Under the pieces are notes generated by a model. It saw only the letters and a program-made list of their open reading frames with translations. It was not told the origin of the DNA and did not search any database. Both the position numbers and the translations under genes were made by a program. A stretch of 62,274 nucleotides of DNA, counting the filler, from Sphacelaria rigidula (Eukaryota): NCBI GenBank assembly GCA_964200075.2. It is 7 parts of 7 records of this genome, joined end to end, with 100 filler letters (N's around TTAATTAATTAA, not from the genome) between each part and the next. Parts side by side here need not be neighbours in the genome. Positions count along the whole stretch, not along the records: positions 53,467 to 62,274 come from CAXNAA020010041.1; 6 more parts are not named here. One strand, given 5' to 3'. Shown in pieces: positions 53,909-62,274 of the stretch. The stretch's first letter is position 1, and each line of letters starts with the position of its first letter.

Positions 53909-54329
53909 GTACGCTACCTTCGTGTCATCATCTACAATAATGTCATTTCATGTCCTTTTTTTTTTTCTTTTCCTTTTTGAAACTAATGGCCTCCATTTTA
54001 CGTCATATTTTGATGGATTATTTTTGCGACACTCGGCAAGAAAAAAACGAAGATAATAGTGCGTTAGTAGTGAGAATTGTTCCCAACGGCTATATTCCCT
54101 TGGTTGACGATTGCGCGCTGATTGGTTGTTGTTCGGGTTGTGTGTGTTCACCCGCCATCGACAAGTAGTTTTAGCCACGCAGTTGCTCCATCACTTACTT
54201 GTTATGTTATATAATGGTGGATTGTTCATCTATTAGTTGATCGCTTTTGAAGACGAAAAGTGTCTGCGGTGTTGGCATGACCGCCCGTTTCGATCCGTCT
54301 CGCTTCTTTCTTGGTTGTGTGCTCCGCAG

Positions 54330-54416
54330 TGGCTCCCGAAAAATGGCATGGTGTCCAAGTGGAAGCCGGCTCCGCAGGGCGAGGGCGGCGACGCATATAC
54401 CGCCGTCATGTTTTAG
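54330..54416 (+). CDS. Smr domain (MutS2-like), terminal exon
   Basis: CCGCAG acceptor; phase 0 join. WLPKNGMVSKWKPAPQGEGGDAYTAVMF* carries the Smr C-terminal EGG.G/A.T.V motif and ends in TAG. Confidence 0.87.
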   Translation, partial: WLPKNGMVSKWKPAPQGEGGDAYTAVMF

Positions 54417-55169
54417 AAGTCGGCGCAGCTGCCTGCCGCTTTTGTGACGCTGTTCAGCAGGGTTGTTGCTTTTGAACGCTAGACTGGTGTGTTGTCGAGT
54501 GTCGTCAGTTGTAATGTTGCATCTAGAATATTGCGACCAGTAGCCGAGGAGCGGGCGCTTGGTGTGAAACGCAAGTGTGTGTTCTGTGCGCGTGAAGTTG
54601 TTGCTAGTGTGTGTGTATCCTTTTTTTTATTCTTGTTTTGTGAATGTTCTACCGATTGATTTATCGCTCGATAGGTGGGGGGGTGGTGCACTGTGTTTTT
54701 GCATCTGGTGGTTTTGCCCCATGTCGGACGAGAGCGTTTTGTGTGGGGCGTGTTGTGTATGTCTGTGTGCGTCGTTTGGAATTCATCGTGCGTGTAGGGG
54801 TGATAGAGAGGCTCATGCGCGCTTTTATATTTATTTAATATTTTCACGGTTATTTTAGGACGAATCATCACGACTAAAAATCACCAAATCCACGATTTCT
54901 TCGGCCTGATTGCCCAGAACGGAGAAAAAAGTTGACCGCGGTATCCACGCAACTTTTGCGCCATTCCACGTGTCTGGGCTGCGTGTACCTGGGTTGCAAC
55001 GCTGAAAACGAAGCCTAGAGATTGACTCGTACGAGTCGAATCAGTCATACTAAAACCAAGTAATTTACAGACGAATCATTGCCTGTCCGACCCTTGAATA
55101 TATTGTTTTATTCGTGTTCAATATACTACTCGTTGTGACAGCCAACGATGTTCCTGCACCCGACACTTT

Positions 55170-56058
55170 TTAGTTTTCAACTGAAATAGGGGATTTTTTG
55201 TGATTTTTCGTATTCGGCGATTTTCGATATTTTTTTCGCGTGCCACCGCTCATGCCAGTGGACGTTTGATCCCGAGGTCTGGGGATCGGGAGATACTAGG
55301 CATTCGATCCACATTCCGAAACGAAAATCATCCCTGCGCTCGATGTTGAACGACTCACGGGCTGAATTGACAGGGTGTTACTGGCCGTTTTTGGTCGAAA
55401 ACACATTAGCTTTCGGCTTTACCGCAATGAAAAAATGAGATATCAAGGTCTGTAGCATTTTTCACGAGCGCGATCTGAATGTTTCACTCCCCCCGGTGCT
55501 ATGCAGAGCTCGGTTGAGCAATTTTCGTTGTTACGTACTTCGCGCTGATTTTTACCGTATAATGTACTTCCTGGGCACTCGAAAATCCTGGTGTAGATAG
55601 AAATGAGGAAAAAAAGAGGTCGTGCTCACGACACAACCATCAATTGGTGTCGGGGGGTTGATACGGAGTAAGTACCTCGTTTATCAGGAGGTGTTATGCA
55701 CCGTTACTGGTCCAACAACCACAGTTTTTCGGATCTAGCGCAATGAAACGTAAGAATTAAAAAAAAAAATCCTTTTAATTCGTTCACGAGAACGATCAGG
55801 ATTGCTTCAATCGAGAAATAATACTCAAGTGTCGGAACCTGGGTTTGGGTAGTCGCAGGACCCCCGAAAACCGGTCGGCCCGTGAGCCGTTCAGTATTGA
55901 GTGCGGATATGATTTTGTTTCGGAATGTGGAGAGGATGCCTAGTGTCTCCCCATCCCCTCTGGTTGGGATTAAACATTCACTGGGATGAGTGGTGGCACG
56001 CGTAACACTTTCGAAAATCACTGACAAAAAAAAATCCCCTACTTCAGCTGAAAACCAC
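55170..56058. mobile_element. Long-TIR non-autonomous element
   Basis: GTTTTCAACTGAAATAGGGGATTTTTT is mirrored at 56030-56056, and 55280-55335 mirrors 55905-55963; the centre carries the inverted AACACC(C)TCCTGATAAACG module. Confidence 0.75.
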
Positions 56059-56664
56059 TGTGAAACAAACGAATGTGTGTGTGTTTGTGTGTGTGTGTTT
56101 TATGTGCGGGGGCCGGGAACCGACAAGTAGCACAGGACAGACACGTTGCTCCCCGGTTCAATGCAGATGAAGATTTATTTTGATTTTCCGTCTATGAATC
56201 AGGCCTCATGTTTTTCTGCTGCATACAACATGAATGCATGCTACATACACGCCTGCTTCCTAAACAAGTACTGATAATAACTGACTGAGAAAAAAAAACA
56301 AGAATCCTATGAGTCAGCTCGAAAGTACTGTAGCTGAGTTCACACCCCGTCTATCGCAATAGGCGCATTAGTCGATACTGTACGCAATCCACTTTTTGAC
56401 CGTGTATTCTTTTGTCTAGCGTCTGGCTGAGTTTCATCGCCGAAAACACGTGAAAGTATCAGCAAGCTGAAGGAAGAGAGATGGGACCGGTCGTTGCAGA
56501 ATATTTGTTCGATACAAGTATACAATAATGCATCGCTGCGATTAACAACCCAAAGCCTCGCGAAGTATGGTACGTGTATCATATTCAGGTATCACGTGTT
56601 GAAGATCACACCAAAAAAATGCACCAAAAGCTTGCAAGCGGGACCGAGCAGGAGAACGAGCTAT

Positions 56665-56881
56665 TGTAATGCGTGAGAGGACCGCGTGCCTAGAGGACCG
56701 CATCGGAATTTGAACACCCCTATGGTTAGGGTTAGGGTTAGTGTTGGGGTTGGGGTTGGGGTTGGGGTCAGGGGCGTGGTACCTGCAGGGACTGACCCGG
56801 TTGGTTAAAAAAAACGTCGATCCTGAGGTATTTTGAACTGCGGCGCGGTCCTCCAAGTACGCGGTCCTCTCACGCATTACA
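56665..56881. mobile_element. Second copy of the Ginger-like MITE (opposite orientation)
   Basis: Perfect 23-bp TIR, 4-bp TSD CTAT, internal GGTTAGGGTTAGGGTTAG and (TTGGGG)n. Confidence 0.88.
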
Positions 56882-57443
56882 CTATTTCGACGATCGAACC
56901 GTGCTTAGAGACAAAAAACCGGAGCAATTAATCTGCCAGAGATGCGCTGGAAGCCATCCAAGCCATCATGACTCCTTTTCTTTCATCTGTCGTCCAGTGT
57001 CAACATCGGATGTGGAATAACACGCGTTTGGGGGTTCGCGAGATCGGACTAATAATGTGCGGAAGTAATAATAATAATAAAATAATAAGGCCCCGCATGT
57101 TGAAAAATCCGCGAAGACTACCATACACACTGAGCCTACCGAACAGAACAAATGACACCTGCAAAATCTAGCTCACAGCGCCCCCCCCTCCCCCCCTTCC
57201 CCCCCACTATCTACTCCACCGGGCTTGACTACTGATTTTTAACCCCCTGAGACCTCGACAGTGTTGCAGCAAAGTGTACAGTAGTGCTGGGAACTGAAGC
57301 ACACCGTTCGACACTGACTGCTGCACACTGACTGCTGTCGAGGCAAAAACATGCCCGGGAACAACATACAGGACAACACAAGCAACCGTACGGATAACAA
57401 AGGATAACGACACCAAGCTACGCTAGCTCCACCCTACAGGCGG

Positions 57444-58217
57444 TCACCAAGAGCCACCAGTGATACTGCAGCCGCCAGACCCCGCCTTCGTGCTGAGGCC
57501 ACCATCTCTTGGCAAGGCCTCCCACAGCACCCTCCCACCCGGAGTAACAGTCGTCACCCGACCGTCGGGGAGCACTCGGAGTGAAGAGTCGCGGATTTCA
57601 CGGCCCTCCTTGCTAACGAAGGCCAGATACGCCTTCCACCAGCCCTTGGGTCGCGCTGACTGGAAGGTGACCTCCGTCTCCGTCACGAGGCCTCCGCTCC
57701 CGCTGTGTGTGGTAGTGTGGGTTCGGACGGTTATACGTCCCCTCTCGACACTAGCGGTAGCCGTGACCCTGTTCTTCACCGGCTCGGCGCCCTCTTCCTT
57801 TACAACACTGTTGCTCTCAGAGGGGAGGTGTGGCACATTGGGCGATGATGTTGCTGTGGCAGCTCCCTTGTTACTGGTAGCACCGTGCACGTAAGTCTTG
57901 AGCTTGCTCAGCGTACCAGTCAGCCAGCGCATCTTGTTGCTGTCATTCTTGCTTGCCTTACCGCCCGCTTCCCAGAGAGGGATCAAGCTGCGATCGACCG
58001 GGGGCTCGTTTCCTTTGGTGACGCGAATGGAGCCGCGGTCTGTCGGCCACAAGCACACGCTGGTAGTGCTCTCCTCGGGAGCGTCAAGCGGGGGGAGACT
58101 CAGCGCGGAGTGGAAGTCGTTGCCCCGGTTACTCGCGGAAGATAAGTACTGACCCGTGACGAGCGGGTTGTCGTTTGGACCGAGAGAATCGCCGCGAAGC
58201 TCAAACCCCGTCGTCGG
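57444..58217 (-). CDS. Large terminal exon (258 codons) of an unknown gene, with bulb-type-lectin-like motifs
   Basis: The frame is open from a good acceptor (TTTCCCGTCTAATCAAACAG, with CTAAT branch motif) to the stop at 57444. GC-rich coding composition; motifs LVTGQYLSS and SLRVLPDGRVTTVTPGGRVLW. Confidence 0.7.
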   Translation of the reverse strand, partial: PTTGFELRGDSLGPNDNPLVTGQYLSSASNRGNDFHSALSLPPLDAPEESTTSVCLWPTDRGSIRVTKGNEPPVDRSLIPLWEAGGKASKNDSNKMRWLTGTLSKLKTYVHGATSNKGAATATSSPNVPHLPSESNSVVKEEGAEPVKNRVTATASVERGRITVRTHTTTHSGSGGLVTETEVTFQSARPKGWWKAYLAFVSKEGREIRDSSLRVLPDGRVTTVTPGGRVLWEALPRDGGLSTKAGSGGCSITGGSW

Positions 58218-58707
58218 CTGTTTGATTAGACGGGAAACAAGACGTTCAAGGGGTACAGCCGGGTAGACATCAGTAAGCGCGTATGGGAGCTTGGGTATAT
58301 GTGTAAACTGGGAGGAAAGGCGACAAAAGTGATGGGGTAGACATGGTTCGTTGGTTGCAGCAGAAGTGATTCTGCATGAAGCACGACAGTAGTATGATTG
58401 GATGTGGAGTGCAGTCAGTACTCTGGTTCAAAGAAGGTGCAAACACAACTTTGCCCACAGAATCACTTTGGGCCCCTGAAATGTAAGTGCCAGGATACAA
58501 GCCCCCTAAACGAGGATGATCGGCTGTTTTCTCGGACAGCATTTTACAAATCAAAGCTTACAAAAACAATGAGAGGGAGAACGCAGAGGGGTTGGACAGC
58601 TCTGTACCAACTAAAAGTACTCGGTCGTGGTCTGGATTTTCGGAACAACTGTTTTTCGTCACTCTGTCAGAAATACAATACATACTTGCGAGTTTAGTAC
58701 AACCATG

Positions 58708-59022
58708 TTAAACATCACTTTCGTGAGATTGAGAGTAGAGCGCTGATTGAGAGTGGCCTTGATCATTTTTTGCGATGACTTGACCGATTTTCTGTTTATT
58801 GTGTGCTTTTCTTTACCTCCATCACTGGCGTGTGCTTACAGCTTGCAGCTTCAAGTCGATATCCCACTCGAGGGTATTGCGGACCTCAGTGGCAAGCTAC
58901 TACAGAAAGCATATTGGGCCTCGTGGAGGGGCATTCCGGAACTGAACTGATTCGTTCACTAATTGACTGATTTTCACCCTCAATCGTATCCTCTACTCTC
59001 AATCTCACGAGAACATTGTTGA
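58708..59022. mobile_element. MITE
   Basis: 20-bp perfect inverted repeat TCGTGAGATTGAGAGTAGAG (58721-58740 / 58991-59010). Confidence 0.7.
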
Positions 59023-59361
59023 TACTAAATGTTCAATGGGAAGTGACCACGGGTAGGATGTGCACAATTTTGGACGAAAGTGCCGGCGGACCAGATGCGT
59101 TTTGCGGTGCTCCTTGTTAGACGGAGCACCTCTTCCCACGTTTTTTTTTTTTTTTTCCAACGCTCAAAACTGTACCCAAAAATACGCTGGGACGGCGTGG
59201 GCGTTAGGATACATCCACATGAACATTCCATTGTGCGGCTCTCCAATTTCAAGGCGCCGATACCACTTGCATCGCTTGTTTTCACTCGCACCTGTGCTTC
59301 ACAACGCAGGAAATATACCAACTCTGTTCATTCATGAGTACATGTGTCATATCATATTTCT

Positions 59362-59632
59362 GAGTGATGCTACGGTAGGGGTGCACATATATCTCATGGG
59401 GTTAGAATTGTTACGAGCCCTTTCAATCATACAAAAGACGACTTTTGAAAACACAGTAGGTGAGAGTACGCCAGGATTACTATTATTCCGATGTGCTGGG
59501 GATACTGTATCCCGAATGAATTTGCAAGCGGGGATGTCCTGACCCATATTCTTGTGCAATTTAGAATCATTGAGAGTCTCTGAACCAGACAAGATTTCGC
59601 GCAAAAAGTGTACCCTTACCGTAGCATTGCTC
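59362..59632. mobile_element. MITE with GAG...CTC termini, Sola-like (related: 9440-9720 complete; 8644-8814 and 17531-17640 partial)
   Basis: TIR GAGTGATGCTACGGTAGGGGTGCAC / GTGTACCCTTACCGTAGCATTGCTC; near-matching 4-bp flanks (TTCT/TTTT; AAAC/GAAC). Superfamily is an inference. Confidence 0.8.
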
Positions 59633-60642
59633 TTTTCTACAGTAGTAGTGTAACACAGTCCGAGCACATCCTTTATCACCTGCGTGCCGAAGGAGCTGTG
59701 CATTTCAACTTTTGCGGAAGTATCGCTGTCGTTAGGTCCAGAGCTCACTGCCGCCCTGTCGTGATCATTGGGTCGGAATAAAACAAGATACACAAAATGG
59801 GCGAGGGCACAGCGATTGCGTTAGTTAACAGTCTGCCACACCGCAATGTTGCCTGCGGAAATCGGCTCGCGACTACAATGTTGACGGGTGATAGATGCGA
59901 ATGTTAATGTACATAAACACTGCAGCCAAGGTATTGTAGCGTGCTTTCAACTCATGGATTTCTGACCACAGTTTCGCGCGAAGTCTACACGCGTAAGCTC
60001 TACACTGAAGAAACATACCCTCCCTCTTTATATCACCCCCCAACCCCCCTATTTCATAAGGGGGCTCAAGATGCGTTTCCAACTACATATTTTTTTTATT
60101 CGGGGGCGGGCGGGCGGGGGAGGGGGGGCTCACCGCTGCTTCGACACAATAAGTCTCGGCACACTGAGAAACAATACGCGGGGATATGTATTATACCACA
60201 CATAATTCTGTTTAACAGTACAGTAGTGTAAATGGCGAAGTTGCTCTTTTGGCACAGGGCTGCGTGCGCACGTCGGGCATGTTCACTGCCCACGGCTTCT
60301 ACTCTCAAAAGATTTTTAGCCAAATACGCATGAAGATAGATGCGCCATTTTCTCTGCAAACCTGATACTGGTGGACAGTCAGTCAGTACTTGCAGATTAC
60401 CTCGCGGATCCTACTGCCGTGTTTAACCCTTAGACCACGAGGTTAGTCTTCTGTTGAATCGGCATCAATTTTAATTGAAAAACAGTATGCATGATCCAGA
60501 AAGACTAATCTCGCGGGGTAAGGCGGTGTGCGAACGACAGTATTCAACTTGTTCCAACAACCAAAAGAAACATGAAAAAACAAACCACCTACTACCACAA
60601 CAAACCTTGCTCCAAAAAACCCATCACAACCAAACAATCACA

Positions 60643-60904
60643 GGCACCGTAGATAAGGTACCGTACGGAGCGTACCCCCGGTATTTACCGGGGTATCCCT
60701 TACCGTGGTATCCGTAAATATCGTTCAGCGATGAGTTTTGAAAATACCGGATTGGGCGGGTACGGTAGGCATTGAAATCTCGAAATACCCTGGTCTCGCA
60801 GGTATCGTGGGTATGACATTGCAAAATACCGGGTTGGATCGGTATTGGTAGGGTATGAGATGTCCCAAATACCGGTACCGGGTACCTACCTCACCTGCGG
60901 CGCC
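60643..60904. mobile_element. GGTACC-rich MITE-like element (similar composition at about 798-940)
   Basis: Imperfect TIR GGCACCGTAGATAAGGTA / TACCTCACCTGCGGCGCC; many internal GGTAC/GTACC and CGGTAT/ATACCG words. Confidence 0.55.
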
Positions 60905-62274
60905 GGTGCAAACAATCCCCACTTGACTCCAAACTAAACCCTCACACCCCTAGTATTCATACTGGAATCCCCGGACGATAAATAATTTGAAACAATATTT
61001 TCCAAACTTTCAAATTACGCGGGCCATGAGCTAGGTTGCACTCGGTAGCCTCATGTGCACGGTACCCTGTAGTTTTGATGCTGACAACAAATAACAGCAG
61101 TCAGAGGGCAACCAGAACGAAGTGTGGTCCCTGCTGTGAACAGTAAAGGCACTGCAGAGCGCCCAGTGTGCTACGAATTGGCAGCGAAAGCTCTGTCAGT
61201 TACCGTACAGTCGAACACGCACTCGAAATACTGACTAACCGAACAGTTTCTCATGCCGTCACCACGCCCACCTGTCCTCCCTCTCCCTCATGTTGCTTGA
61301 CTCCGATAGGGAGGAGATCTGCATTTCACCCTCAGCTGCCATGGAATCACCCTCCGACACCTACGGCATCGCATGACACCACAAAGAGTACATCGATTGA
61401 GTGAAATGGGGTGCAAGCAAACAACGGACAGGGAAATGGGGTCGTGGAGGCGGGGACGGGTACGGAAGTTGAGCATCGAAAGCGGAAAATATTTCCTTGA
61501 CGGGCCAAGCTACATAGTGCGAGTCCACAGCGGAGATGTGATGCACACAGGCGAACACAAAATGTGTGCATACAATACTGTTGACAGCACGCACATCACC
61601 CTCAGCCTGTCTGTGCACGCGGCGCACCCCAACATTCTTGAGCGCACAGCAACCACGCGGTGTGGTACCTACTGTACTGCATGAGATATTCAACAACCAT
61701 TTTGCCTTCGGCATATCCGGTGTTTTCAGAGCAAAGCATTTCGTCCGCATGCCGACTCAAACCCAGACTGGACGAGAGTGCTGTACGACAGCAGTGAACC
61801 GCGGCGAGCCATCGATCGCCAGGAACATCATGAGCGCCTTGGCAATCAACAAGAAGTTGTCCCGACAAGCACCAACGAACGTCAAGGAATACATATACAA
61901 TACACATTGTTGGCAACCCTGTCATAACGACAGCTCAACGCGGAAGCGCCACGACAGACAGTACAGAGAGCCCATGACAGCCCACGACAGCAGTCAGGAA
62001 AACTCGATGCCGTTGATATTTCACACACACACGAGCTATAGAGCAACACGGGTCGAGACTATCCACGCAACATCCATGCATACGTGTATCATACACGTGC
62101 GGGCACTATTGTACTGTGTAGCTGTAGTACAGTCCAGACCGGAGCGCAGCTTCACAACTCACCCGTTTATCGCTGTGTGCTTTCTCTCGTCGTCAACCAC
62201 GATTTAACAGCCGATTTTCGAAAATGGGGTTGAAAAAAAAAATGAGGTTCAACTCAAAAGCCGTGCTTTCCCTG

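Noticed and set aside
61566..62207. 213-aa ORF as a gene
   Set aside because: No recognisable domain, non-ATG start, low-complexity ends and no confident splice structure.

Overview
Eukaryotic, repeat-rich genomic DNA, most consistent with a brown alga or related stramenopile (inferred from long GT-AG introns, short exons and TTAGGG-type repeats). The window is not one locus. It is seven unrelated contigs (1-8814, 8915-17725, 17826-26636, 26737-35547, 35648-44457, 44558-53366, 53467-62274; lengths 8814/8811/8811/8811/8810/8809/8808) joined by an artificial N44-TTAATTAATTAA-N44 linker. Reading through splice sites gives fragments of real genes that the ORF track mostly hides: three exons of a xylulose kinase (XYLB-type FGGY kinase), the first two coding exons of a CELF/Bruno RRM protein, the last two exons of an Smr-domain (MutS2-like) protein, a 258-codon terminal exon with bulb-lectin-like motifs, and a few orphan exons. 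The rest is mostly decayed mobile DNA: RTE LINE remnants, a CCHC-type LINE 3' end, a Penelope-like RT remnant, tRNA-derived SINEs, many MITE families (piggyBac/TTAA, Ginger-like, Sola-like, Tc1-like, foldback), and mini- and microsatellites. The most unusual signals are (i) about 10 retroposon 3' ends from two families that end in, and sit within, oligo-C tracts instead of poly-A, (ii) telomere-like repeats and other internal modules shared by MITEs with unrelated termini, and (iii) a 42-bp minisatellite with a 125-bp higher-order trimer. No CRISPR array, rRNA, intact tRNA or intact transposase/RT gene was seen, and I cannot claim a clearly new biological system.
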